Part shown: positions 8,727 to 19,386 of the stretch, one piece after another
Layout: every line of letters begins with the position of its first letter
Numbering within the stretch: the stretch's first letter is position 1
Virus record (IMG/VR): IMGVR_UViG_3300009537_000010
Coordinates: 1 to 58,823 of that record
Length of the DNA: 58,823 bases
Direction: 5' to 3' (one strand)
Origin: a virus
Taxonomy: Duplodnaviria; Caudoviricetes
Made by a program: the position numbers and the translations under genes
The notes under the pieces: model-generated
Told to the model about the DNA's origin: nothing
Databases searched by the model: none
The model's input: only the letters and a program-made list of their open reading frames with translations

Positions 8727-9230
8727 ATGAATTCCTTAGAAGAGTTTGTGAAGATGTCGAAGGACAGGAAAGGACAAGTACAGTTATACGACATATGTTA
8801 CCGAAAGATATATCTAACATGTAAGAGATTTGAAAGTATTGATGAAGATGCAGAATCTTTATTTAATAATGGTTTCTGTAAGGCGTTAGCAAATTTACCA
8901 AAGCATGAGTTTCACTCAAAAGAGAAAACACTGAATTGGATGTGTCGTGTAATTACGAACAATATTATTGATACTCGTCGTAAAAGAAAGGAATACTTTA
9001 TTCCAAAGATCGCTCTTACTCATAATACTGCTGTTCGTAAGCTGGAGGCAGAGTATATTCTAAATGCGATTGATAAGAATCTATCACCTATTCAAAAAAA
9101 CATATTTCATCTTTATTCTATTATGGGGTACACACATAAGGAGATTGGAAAGATTTTAAATATATCGGACGGAACTTCTAAGTGGTATTTATCTGAAGCA
9201 AGGAAAAAGTTAAAAATTATATTATCATGA
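8727..9230 (+). CDS. ECF-type RNA polymerase sigma factor
   Basis: DAESLFNNGF.KAL...NWMCRVITNNIIDTRRK (region 2) and LSPIQKNIFHLYSIMGYTHKEIGKILNISDGTSKWYLSEARKKL (region 4). Confidence 0.9.
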   Translation: MNSLEEFVKMSKDRKGQVQLYDICYRKIYLTCKRFESIDEDAESLFNNGFCKALANLPKHEFHSKEKTLNWMCRVITNNIIDTRRKRKEYFIPKIALTHNTAVRKLEAEYILNAIDKNLSPIQKNIFHLYSIMGYTHKEIGKILNISDGTSKWYLSEARKKLKIILS

Positions 9231-9607
9231 ACTCGACTAAATACATCAGATTCGTAGCATCTATATTTCTTACAGCTATGCTCACAGCATTTCTCACTAG
9301 TTATGTAATGACACACAAATCTAAATCTCCATCTGAATCTCCAGTTAGATGTGAGAAGAAGACTGAGTGGTATCTTATTCATGATAAAGAACTTGGCTAT
9401 GCTATACGGAGAAATAAAACATCAAAAAGATGTAAAAAATCAGTAGTGTATATACGCAATGAATATAATGCTACTACACCATATGTTTCTGAGATTTTGT
9501 GGGGTGAGGAGAATCAAATAAAAAGGCAGATGTTTGACATCGGGATTATAAAATATTTACAAGAGGAAGTTTATCTGTTTCCTTACTGTTTAAATTGTAA
9601 AGAATAA
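9227..9607 (+). CDS. membrane-anchored hypothetical protein
   Basis: N-terminal hydrophobic helix. Confidence 0.55.
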   Translation: MNSTKYIRFVASIFLTAMLTAFLTSYVMTHKSKSPSESPVRCEKKTEWYLIHDKELGYAIRRNKTSKRCKKSVVYIRNEYNATTPYVSEILWGEENQIKRQMFDIGIIKYLQEEVYLFPYCLNCKE

Positions 9608-9707
9608 TCAAGAAAATGACACAAATTATTATAATCGCATTCATAGTAATAGTTATTGCTGTGGATCTGCAGCACTGGGATAGTACAAAGCCTTAAAAAT
9701 ACACACA

Positions 9708-11136
9708 ATGGAAAAATTTACCCCTAAAGATGACTTTAGAAGATTAGGAAGACAAATCTCTAAAATTGTCCAGCGTTGTTATGATGCTGATCAGCAAATG
9801 TTCACTAAAGAGAATCAGATACGATCATCTGTATGTCATGAATATATACCAGCTCAGTATATGCAGGATGAAAAACCCTTTATTATCAATCATAGTATAA
9901 AGTTCGATGGCGGTAAGCAGCAGAGAGAAGATGTAGATAGAGGTGCTTTGTGTATGACTTATGACCAGCTTAAAAGAACTTTTACACAAAATGAATTTCT
10001 ATGAGTTCATTTCATTTGCTGTATAAAAACATAGCAATAGAGAGAAGTAATATTACCAGATGGACAGTTCAAGATAGTGTCGTGCCAGGTAATGTTAACA
10101 TTACAATTGTATCAAACAATGGAAAAGAGATAACTCCATTATGTGTAGAAGCTTATGAAGGAGCAAGATTTATAGGTTGGATAGTTAATGAACCAGATGA
10201 TGACTTGATTGTGGATGCTATTTTTGATGAACGATTAGCTTTTTAATATTTACATTAATGAGAAAGTTATTATTTATTTTACTTTTATTTGCATGTTCAA
10301 GTAAAAGTAATAAGCTACAAGTAGTAGTATCTAATGAAGATAAAACAATAGATACTATGATAATCAGGTGTACAACTCAATGCGATCTTAAGCTTGAAGA
10401 TGGATGTTTATATGTGAATCAAATTGCCGTTAGGTGTCATGTTCGTAAATTTAGAAAACTGTAAATCATGTGGATAATAATCTTAGCCTTACTGTTCATT
10501 ATATGCTACTTAGCAATAATGAATACCGACCACAGGTTGGAAGTAAAACATTTAGAAGCCCAGAAAGCAGAACTGGAAGCAAATTCCAGAAAACAATTTA
10601 ATGAACTTCAAAATTTGAGAGATGAAAATGACGCCTTATGTGGTACACACCACAGAAAGAAAGAGAGCCTTCAACAACTTGAAGAGAGCTCGTGATTTCG
10701 CGCTAGTTGAAAGATTATCGGGAAGATTTAAAAAATTATGTAACAGGAAGGGTACTTGCCTTCCACTAAAATGAACACTATGCAGTTACAATTAGACCCT
10801 AAGAGAATAATGTATATCATTCTCGCCATTATTATCACTATAGGAGTAATAATAATGACTTCTTGTACCACTTACAATGAGAGTACTCCTCAATGTGATG
10901 AGTTAGAGATCGAGCATCGGGACTCAATTTGGATAGTATGGAAAGACATTGATACTGTTATGGTTCATCATAACGATGAACTTATCCGTAATTGGTGTAA
11001 AAGGGATGAAGACCTGAAAATATCTTCTAATGGAAGATGGAGTGCCATCCTTAAAACGAATGGATGGGTGTGTATGGATTTTGATTCAGAAGTTACACAT
11101 AATGACTACGAATGCTGCAGCCCATTGATAGAATAA
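9708..11136 (+). other. run of small early ORFs (9708-10004, 10001-10246, 10258-10464, 10468-10695, 10756-11136), including two predicted lipoproteins
   Basis: coupled ORFs; lipobox-like LLFAC (10258) and IMTSC (10756). Confidence 0.55.
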
Positions 11137-11164
11137 TTTACTACAATGCGTCGAAGATAATCCT

Positions 11165-11350
11165 CTTCATGAGAGCTACATGTCCCTTAAGGGTAGTTCT
11201 TCTCTCATGTCGTATAATAAAGTAGAATCTTAAGACTCCGAAAGAGTTGGTTAAGGATAACCGTTAACTCCAGGAGCGAAGATAGAGAACTAATAGCAGG
11301 GCAGATAGTGAGTCGGCACCACCATCTCAGAAGCTGCTCTGCTTTTTTAT
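11165..11350 (+). ncRNA. candidate structured RNA ending in a terminator-like stem
   Basis: stems catgagag/ctctcatg, gactc-cgaaa-gagtt, agcagggcag/ctgctctgct plus T run; no plus-strand ORF. Confidence 0.4.
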
Positions 11351-11417
11351 TTGGCATAAATGAGTGCTTTTGTAACAGCTGGAGTTTAAAATATAGGGGT
11401 ATGTTGCTCCAGCCACA

Positions 11418-11547
11418 ACCGGAGAGAGGGTGGCGGAGTAGCAGACGCGGCAATACCTTTACAGGGAAACGCTGAAACCGTGTCCGATATATAACTGGAT
11501 GTAAGTAACGGTTCGTGCAAGTATCGAATCTTGCCCCTCGATCCGGT
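11418..11547 (+). ncRNA. tRNA-like RNA with expanded anticodon/variable region
   Basis: acceptor-like accgga..gaggg/ccctc..tccggt, TG + D arm gcg/cgc, T arm gcaag-tatcgaat-cttgc; about 65 nt between D and T arms. Confidence 0.55.
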
Positions 11548-11565
11548 CTTTTTAACACAATAATT

Positions 11566-13151
11566 ATGGAAGATAAAGCAAGTATAATCATAAATGTGCC
11601 CATAAATAGCCATATCATTGTTCTCGACCAAGAGGATGAGGCTAAAATCATTTGGGCAACAGAGGGAGCTAATTATTGGTCTGCTCTCATAGACATAAAA
11701 GATGCTCTTCGTCAAAAAGTTAAGTATGGAGATCCTGATAAACAATTTTCAGCAGAGTATTTGCAAAGTAGATTCTTTCATATTTTAGAAAGTAATCACG
11801 TTGACTTAGATAAAATAAAATAATGAAAACTGTATATAGTATAGATGAAGCCAGAGATTGGTTCTTTGAGAATCATGAAGGTTCTGTAGCCTGCGTCAAG
11901 GACAACGGAGATGCAAGAATTTGTAAAAGTTATGTGGAAGCGAAGGAGTTTTATAAGCAGGATATCAGTGGGCCAAATACTCCTATTTTTAGGTCTGTTG
12001 GGAATACTCATTGAGTATGGAATAATAATGTGTTCTCTTTTGTTCTTATGTTTTTTAGGGTTTCTTTTAATGTTTGAAGAATGATTACAATTATAGTTGT
12101 TATAATCCTTATATTGTTAATAATCGACGACTCTATGCGAAAGTCTGAAGATAAAAAATATCTTGACGAATGAAACTACTTATGATAATATTCATAATAG
12201 CCTGGATAATGTTTATTGCCAAGGTTGTATTTCTACCTATCATGGATTTTTTGGGAATTTATAGATGGGTTGTAAGAAACTTTGTATTTGATGTTTGTCA
12301 GAATATCTCACTTCATACTCAAGAATTCACTATAAATAGAAGGACACAAAGAGTATATGAACCTGAACTTGATGAAGATACCTGGATCTTTGATGGATAT
12401 GATATTCTACATAAAGATTATATCATAAGAAAGTCTTCTTTTGAGTTAAAGGATAGAACAATAAAACTTAGAAGAAGTGAGGTAAGGTTAATCAATAAGA
12501 CAATTGACCAGCTCAACGATACAAAAGAAAAGAAAAGAAAAGATAAACTATATTACCAATCACTACAAGAGTTACTCGATGAACATGCTAAGGAAGTTAC
12601 TTAGATGGTTGCTTAGACAACCTATAATAATTACAGGGCCTTTGTGGATATGTGATAATAATGCATTCACTTTTAATGGAATGCTTGTTAACTATCCTAG
12701 TAAGGTAAAACAAAAGAACTATAAGTCTTCTAAGATTGATGTGGTAGCTAAGCTTACTAAACCAGTAAAAAAAAGATTTGATAATGACTATATGAAAGCC
12801 AAGTTGAGCATCGACAATGGAAGATTTTACATGGAATGGGTGAATGGAATGACTACTAAGACAGACGATCTTTCAATGTTTAAGTTTGCACCTAAAAGAA
12901 TATCCATCAGAGTACTCAATGTTGAACGTAGAATATTCTTTACCCCTAATATAGGCGAAATGCTTTATCTTACACTTGATAGACTGGATTTGAAGGCAGA
13001 TGATGTTTTATATCATAAGCATGTAAAAACCTTTCAGATATTAGATGATCGAACTATTATGCATGGTATAGGTAAAATTTATCGTGTAGTAGCATTGAGA
13101 TCCCATACTCCTTTAACTATCGGCACAATGTTAACATTATGGAAGTATTAG
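11566..13151 (+). other. run of hypothetical ORFs (11566-11823, 11823-12014, 12170-12604, about 12579-13151)
   Basis: coupled ORFs; first start moved to ATG 11566 because the longer call overlaps the tRNA-like element. Confidence 0.55.
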
Positions 13152-13843
13152 TAATCGGTGACATTCACGGACTCGAAACATGGAAACAATTAGTTTCAGA
13201 TGAGTATGACAAGATTATTTTCATGGGAGACTATTTTGATTCTTTCGACATAGACTCAGCTGCCCAAGTTAACAATTTTCTGGATATTCTAAAATATAAG
13301 GAATCAAATGAAAAAGTTGAGTTACTTACAGGAAATCATGATTTTCAGTATTTTCCTGATTTTGGTGAAAGATATTCTGGTAGACAGAGTGGTGTTTGGC
13401 CTATTAAAATTAGGGAAGTTCTTAAGAGTGCGCCGTTGAAAATGTGTCACATTCATGATAATTTTCTTTTCACTCATGCAGGAGTTACTAAGACTTGGTG
13501 TGAAGAGAATCAAATAGACACAGAAAATCTTGAACAGTCTATCAATGATAGACATAAATACAAGTCATTTTCTTTTTGTTTTGTAAAGTTAGGGCCAGGT
13601 GGAAGATTCTCTAATCCTTATGGTAATGATATCTTTCAATCACCAATCTGGGTAAGGGAAAAATCTCTTCATAACGATGGACTTCCAGGATACCATCAGA
13701 TTGTCGGTCACACTCCACAAAGTCTAATAAGAAAAGAACGAAATGTAACTTTCGTAGATTGTCTTCCTCATCAGTGCCTGATAATAGAAGACGGGAAACA
13801 AATTGTTTACGATATAGATTTACAAACTTATGATACAATTTGA
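13139..13843 (+). CDS. calcineurin-like metallophosphoesterase
   Basis: GDIHG, GDYFD, GNHD, THAG, GHT motifs. Confidence 0.92.
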   Translation: MEVLVIGDIHGLETWKQLVSDEYDKIIFMGDYFDSFDIDSAAQVNNFLDILKYKESNEKVELLTGNHDFQYFPDFGERYSGRQSGVWPIKIREVLKSAPLKMCHIHDNFLFTHAGVTKTWCEENQIDTENLEQSINDRHKYKSFSFCFVKLGPGGRFSNPYGNDIFQSPIWVREKSLHNDGLPGYHQIVGHTPQSLIRKERNVTFVDCLPHQCLIIEDGKQIVYDIDLQTYDTI

Positions 13844-14797
13844 GGTACTGACTTTCGAACGAAGAATCTTCGGTTCTCCCCTCATCTTTGAAATAACAAA
13901 GACAGGTGAGAATTGGGAGATTCATCTTGTTTTCAGGCATGAGGAAATGTATAAACACTATCTTAAGTCTGAAAAAAAGATTCAAAAATATATGAGCAAA
14001 GTTCTTGAGTTGATCAAGAGGAGACAACCTGTAATGCAAATTTATAATTTCACACAAAAGGAATTCTATGAATAAGATAGGAACAATATATAGCTGTAAC
14101 CATACTTTTGGAGAACTTAGTTATGAGTTTAAGAATGGTATGCATTGTTATACGCTTGGATCATACGTATTAACAAGCACAGAGTATTTTCCAATTCTTG
14201 ATGTCCCTGGTCTTATGATGGGGGTGGATCATGAGGGGCGTATTCATGGTAAATTGTGTGCAATTGGAGTTGCTGTAACAAGAGCTAAATTTAAAGACTT
14301 AAATGGTTATTTTCCTACAAGTCCTTCTCCAATAAGTATGTTGAAATTTATTTTATTGAGTAAAAAGAAAAAGTGTAAAGTTACTAAAGCTTATGAATAT
14401 TAAAACAGACTCTGGATATTATCTTATAAAGTTTGCTCATAAGGTAAATCACGAAAAAAATGCTGTATGCTTTTGTTTCATAAAAAATGAGAAACAAAGT
14501 ACTGTCAGTTCATTTGTGGAATTTCCACTCCGCAACTATACAAAGAAAATAGCAATATATAAAGCATTTGTTGAAACAATGCATCTTGCTATATCAGAAG
14601 ACTTTGTTTCTGGAAAAGATATTGAAACGTTATTCCTTGGATTTAAAAATAGAGGAAGGAAAAATGACCTATTCGTGTACAAAGGTACTGAATATTTAAT
14701 TGACCGTATGTCCACTGGACAGATGAGAGAGATATTTAGAGAAGTATCTCGACACTTAGCTAAACAAACTGTTAAAAATTTAAATTCTGTAGTATGA
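13830..14797 (+). other. three hypothetical ORFs (13830-14075, 14068-14403, 14393-14797)
   Basis: overlapping start/stop coupling. Confidence 0.55.
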
Positions 14798-15426
14798 AAC
14801 ATTTAATGTTATTCGCACTTATGTGCATCCCTTTTATGCTGTCCGCACAGAGTGGATGGCAAATTGTAAATAGTCGACAGGATGGGCCAATACCTCTTGT
14901 TACTATGAAAACCTCAGGAGCAACTGCGCCCAGTAATGCATGGCTCGGATCAGAGCTATTATATGAACTGGGAGAAGCAGATTTTGCTGATAATTTTCTA
15001 CTGCGATCCAGAATATTAGTAGAAATTACAAACACAGGAGATTTACACTTACCAATCATGTCAAATGTGGAAATCACATCTGAGTCTCCATTGAGTGGAG
15101 TAGATATTGGTATTTATCCTTGGCAGCAACTTAATGATAATTTTATCGCTCATGGTGGTGTAGTATTTGCAACTAATGGAGAGTTCAATGAAAATGCCTT
15201 GAAGGTGTTTGGGGGTTTTGAGTTTGTAGCCAACACTACAGGACTACCATTAACTGTAAGTGTAACTCCCTTGTTTACTTTTATGAATAAAGGTACTGTA
15301 GAGTTGGAGACCACTATTATAGTTCCTGTTGGAAATGGTCTGGGCTTACTAGCTCAAGCCAATATACCGTTTAAGAATACTCCAGCTACTTTACAGCTAG
15401 GGGTAGTAATGAACCGGATACTCTAA
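14794..15426 (+). CDS. secreted, probable outer-membrane beta-strand protein
   Basis: signal peptide MKHLMLFALMCIPFMLSA|Q; alternating hydrophobic beta-strand pattern. Confidence 0.55.
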   Translation: MKHLMLFALMCIPFMLSAQSGWQIVNSRQDGPIPLVTMKTSGATAPSNAWLGSELLYELGEADFADNFLLRSRILVEITNTGDLHLPIMSNVEITSESPLSGVDIGIYPWQQLNDNFIAHGGVVFATNGEFNENALKVFGGFEFVANTTGLPLTVSVTPLFTFMNKGTVELETTIIVPVGNGLGLLAQANIPFKNTPATLQLGVVMNRIL

Positions 15427-15460
15427 GGCAGGGCCTTAGAAGTTTTGTTAATCTTTTATA

Positions 15461-16301
15461 ATGACTTTTCGTGAAATAGCACTATTGTGTTTGTTGGTGG
15501 ATAGGTATAATCCAAATCCACCATCATTAATTGATCAGATGTGGAGTAGAGAATTCTCTCTCTTAATGAAGAGGGGATATGTCGATATTCACGGAGAGCC
15601 TACAAAGAAAGGTAGGTCCAAAGCATATTTCTTCAAAAATAACAGGATTATTTTTGATGAAGAAGCCTCACGTAGAGGTATGAGATATTCCATAGCTATG
15701 ACGCTTGGTGGTCTCAAAGGAATCCAATCTAACTTAGGTCAAGAGCCAGAATTGGAAGAAAGATTCTTTGAAACTTTGAGGGAATATGAAGAAAGAATAC
15801 TACCTGAGTTGGCGTAGCAAGAAGGGAATTCCCCTTCTTGTTACTCCTCTCGAATTTGTAGGTTATGGTTCTTCATTTACAATTAATGGTGTTGTTTATG
15901 AAGAACAAAAATGGAGATGTAAACTTCCAGATGGAAAGATTGCAACTCTAAGTTTTAGAGAGGTAAAGGGTAATGACTCTGAAACCTCGCATGTTGAAAA
16001 TCCCAACCCAATAACAGATAACCAGCCAGATCCTATACAGTTTACAAGAGAAGAGATGGAGCATGGCAAGACTGGCACCAATTTTATGTTAAAAATGAAA
16101 ATTAAGGAAAGCAATCTTCTAAAGAGAAAAATTAAATCGTTAGATTTAGAAGGTGCAAAAGAATATCATAAGGCGTTAAAGTCTCCTTCCATGGCAACTG
16201 TAAATGCATGGAGAAAATGGGTTAAAGACAACCCTGATAAGCATGAAAAATTTAAGGAGGCCCTGTGGAGTCTGAAAGAAGAATTGAGATCTACGACATA
16301 G
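15461..16301 (+). other. two hypothetical ORFs (15461-15817, 15786-16301)
   Basis: ORF track, contiguous with the polymerase gene. Confidence 0.55.
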
Positions 16302-18211
16302 AAAACTGGTCTAACTTTTGGTCTTATGCATACGAGAACGATAAAGGAAAAGACTTTTTCTATATTCATGAATCTCACAGTGATCTTGATAGATTTGTAA
16401 AACACTTTGAACCAAATAGAAGATATGTAGGATTTAATAACTTAAAATATGATTATCCTATATGTTACTTTATTTGGAAGAATTACAAATATATTAAAGA
16501 TTTTGACGTTAAAGATCTTCTACGATTAATAAGAGATGAAAACAATAGAGTAATCAGAAATGAATACTCTCAAGTAGATGGGCCACACGAACAGTGTGAT
16601 CTGTTTAAAATTCATCATTTTGACAACAGAAACAGAAGTGCAAGTCTAAAATGGGTACAATGTGTACTTGGGTTGGAGAATGTAATGGATTTGCCATTCT
16701 CTATTGATAAAGAGATAACAATAGATGATATTCCATTAATTAAAGAATATAACCTTGGTTCTGACGTAGAATCTACTAAGCAATTCTATAAGTTTACAAT
16801 TCCTAAAATTGAGCTAAGAGACAGTTTCAAACAGAGATTTAATTTAGATTGTCTCAACTATAGTGATGCAAAAATTGGATCGGAACTAATGTTGAAGAAG
16901 TATTGTGAAAAAACACAAAAAGATCCTTATTATGTAAAAAAATTACGTACATATCGAGATAGAGTTGCTCTGAAAGACATCCTTGTGACTAATTATCAGT
17001 TTAAAGATAAGGGATTTCAACAGCTCTACCTTTATCTCTATAATAAGACGGTTAAAGGTACCGATGAGATTGAGGAGAAAGTGTTTTTTAGAGGAGTTGA
17101 AGTTAAGTATGGATCAGGTGGATTTCATGGATGTACTAACGCTGGAGTTTACGAAGAGGATGACAAATGGATGATATTAGATATAGATGCTGGCTCATTA
17201 TACCCATTTTATTCTGTTCTTAACAAGAATTATCCAGAACACCTTGGCCCTGTATTCTCGGAAATATACAAAGAAACTACTGAAGAGAGAATAGCAGCTA
17301 AGATAGCTAAAGACATGGTAACTTCAGATGGACTGAAGCTAGCATTAAATGCTTGTACTGGAAATTATAACTCTGAATACTCATTTCTTTATGACCTCAA
17401 AGCTTTTTTATCTACAACGATCAACTGCCAGCTTCAGTTGACACAGTTATCTGAAGATATTGCCTATAACACGCCATGTAAGTTACTTCAGATGAACACT
17501 GATGGCATTACTGTAATGTTGAAACGTGACAAACTTGACGACTTTAAAAAGATATGCAAGCAATGGGAAGCTAAAACTGGTTATACTCTTGAGGATGCAC
17601 CATATAAAAAGATGGTAATTAAAGATGTAAATAACTATATAGCTGTTAAACATGACGGTAAAACCAAGGAAAAAGGTTGCTTTGAGGTAGATAAGAAGGT
17701 AGGTTCTGAATTAGCTTTTCATAAGAATCACTCTAAGAGGATTGTAAGATTAGCATTACGTGATTATTATTCAAAGAATGTTCCAGTTGAAAAGACAATT
17801 ACAGAACATGAAGATATTCGGGATTTTCTCATCCATAGTAGGACAAAAAGAGGTGATAGACATGAGTGGGATGACGTCAAGCAGCAGAAAACATTAAGAT
17901 ATTATATATCTACCGATGGACTTCCTCTGTTTAAAATCATGTCTCCTAACAAAAACAAAAAAGGAGCACTTGATCGTTTTAGAGAGAAAGTAGCTAATCA
18001 ACTTGACATATTCAGTATAATAGAAGACAAACCAGAATATAGTGAGAGAAGAAACAGATTATCTGCTGGTTATCTTGCTACTATAATGAATAAATTAACA
18101 AAAGCTTCCAATATAAACTATCAGTTTTATATAGATGAAGCTAATAAAATTGTAAGAAAATGCGGAAGCTTAAATTTAGAGGAATCAAAAGAGGAACATA
18201 TTTATCTATAA
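16265..18211 (+). CDS. family B DNA polymerase
   Basis: exonuclease YDIE and GFNNLKYD; motif A DIDAGSLYP; motif B KLALNACTG; motif C NTDG; DVNNY; KEKG. Confidence 0.9.
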   Translation: MESERRIEIYDIENWSNFWSYAYENDKGKDFFYIHESHSDLDRFVKHFEPNRRYVGFNNLKYDYPICYFIWKNYKYIKDFDVKDLLRLIRDENNRVIRNEYSQVDGPHEQCDLFKIHHFDNRNRSASLKWVQCVLGLENVMDLPFSIDKEITIDDIPLIKEYNLGSDVESTKQFYKFTIPKIELRDSFKQRFNLDCLNYSDAKIGSELMLKKYCEKTQKDPYYVKKLRTYRDRVALKDILVTNYQFKDKGFQQLYLYLYNKTVKGTDEIEEKVFFRGVEVKYGSGGFHGCTNAGVYEEDDKWMILDIDAGSLYPFYSVLNKNYPEHLGPVFSEIYKETTEERIAAKIAKDMVTSDGLKLALNACTGNYNSEYSFLYDLKAFLSTTINCQLQLTQLSEDIAYNTPCKLLQMNTDGITVMLKRDKLDDFKKICKQWEAKTGYTLEDAPYKKMVIKDVNNYIAVKHDGKTKEKGCFEVDKKVGSELAFHKNHSKRIVRLALRDYYSKNVPVEKTITEHEDIRDFLIHSRTKRGDRHEWDDVKQQKTLRYYISTDGLPLFKIMSPNKNKKGALDRFREKVANQLDIFSIIEDKPEYSERRNRLSAGYLATIMNKLTKASNINYQFYIDEANKIVRKCGSLNLEESKEEHIYL

Positions 18212-18456
18212 ATCATTTTTATGACAGCTTTGGAGAAGTAAATAATAGATGTCCTACATTAAATATGTGGGGATTTGTGCAATGTGCAGAAGGTAAAAGG
18301 AGAAGTATTCAGGACATTCAAGCATTGCTTAATTATTACTTTCCTATAAAGCGGCATTATCATACTGTTGAAGATATCATAGATAAACTTAAAAACTATG
18401 CAGATAGGGGCATGTATTGTCCAAGTATTAATAGATACACATATAGATTCAGATGA
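18160..18456 (+). CDS. hypothetical protein, paralog of 19387-19824
   Basis: shared QC...KRRS..D..AL...YF...YCP.I pattern. Confidence 0.6.
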   Translation: MRKLKFRGIKRGTYLSINHFYDSFGEVNNRCPTLNMWGFVQCAEGKRRSIQDIQALLNYYFPIKRHYHTVEDIIDKLKNYADRGMYCPSINRYTYRFR

Positions 18457-19247
18457 ATGCAATAGTATCAAGTTTTAGAGGAGTATTTAATATAGTGGAA
18501 CAGATGAAAGAACCTGTCTCTGTTTATATTAAAGGTAAGCTTGTCAAAGGAGAAAGAGGTGAAATTGATACTCTCATCAGATGGGGTTGTAGAACTCCAA
18601 TGAAAGCAAAACAGTATATAAATCTCTCTAAAAACATAGGTCATATCTCTGACAAAATAACTGCCAGAGAGATATTAAAGGTACCTATGACAAAAGAATA
18701 TATAGAGGGAGATTTTGATACCATTATTGGCAGACCTCGATTCCATAGAGGAGGTAGAAATTTTCATGTTTGTACCACTGCGGAAGAGTATGAAGAAGTT
18801 AGAGAATTATGTGATTATTTCACTCATTTCTATCCTAAGACAAGAGAATTTAGAGCACATGTTGCTCATGGTAAAATATTGGTGCTGCTGGAGAAAGCTC
18901 CATGTGAAGGAATAGCTTGGAATCATACCTTAAATGAAGAAGCGTGGACAGTAATACCATGGAATGATTACGATACAGAGATTTGCAAGCTTGCATTACA
19001 AGCTGCGGATGAAATAGAGGTTGATTTTTGCGCGGTTGATATATTAGCATATCCAGAAGACAAAAGACTACACAAACAAGTAGTGTGTGAGTTAAACAGT
19101 TCTCCTGCTGTAGAAGGTTATACTGCAGAGAGATATGCTAAATACTTTGACTGGTTGTTAAAAGGGGAAAGAGAACATTTTAATTGGAAGAACTGGACTG
19201 AAGCAAAAAGCTTTGCCTTTAAAAATAAACAGTTATGCGCAGGATAG
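18453..19247 (+). CDS. ATP-grasp ligase
   Basis: IRWG, DK, REFRAHV, DFCAVD, CELNSSP motifs. Confidence 0.85.
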   Translation: MNAIVSSFRGVFNIVEQMKEPVSVYIKGKLVKGERGEIDTLIRWGCRTPMKAKQYINLSKNIGHISDKITAREILKVPMTKEYIEGDFDTIIGRPRFHRGGRNFHVCTTAEEYEEVRELCDYFTHFYPKTREFRAHVAHGKILVLLEKAPCEGIAWNHTLNEEAWTVIPWNDYDTEICKLALQAADEIEVDFCAVDILAYPEDKRLHKQVVCELNSSPAVEGYTAERYAKYFDWLLKGEREHFNWKNWTEAKSFAFKNKQLCAG

Positions 19248-19386
19248 TATTATTAAGTACCTTTCATAAGATTATGGAGGCATCTAATGAAGGGATTGAA
19301 TTGAAACAATTTAAAGATGTACAAATGGAAGAGAAGATGACATCAAAAGAGCAACTCTATTATGTTGTACACGAAAAGGAGGAATT

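Noticed and set aside
11300-11348. tracrRNA-like 3' end (gagtcggcacc followed by a T run)
   Set aside because: Only a short word resemblance; no CRISPR repeats, anti-repeat or cas gene in the window
11150-11550. tmRNA or RNase P RNA
   Set aside because: No tag reading frame ending in a typical Ala-rich tag, no GGGG...CCA ends and no RNase P P4 consensus could be identified
11205-11745. Minus-strand ORFs 11205-11651 and 11386-11745
   Set aside because: Antisense to the arm, atypical composition, and explained by the GC-richer structured RNA block
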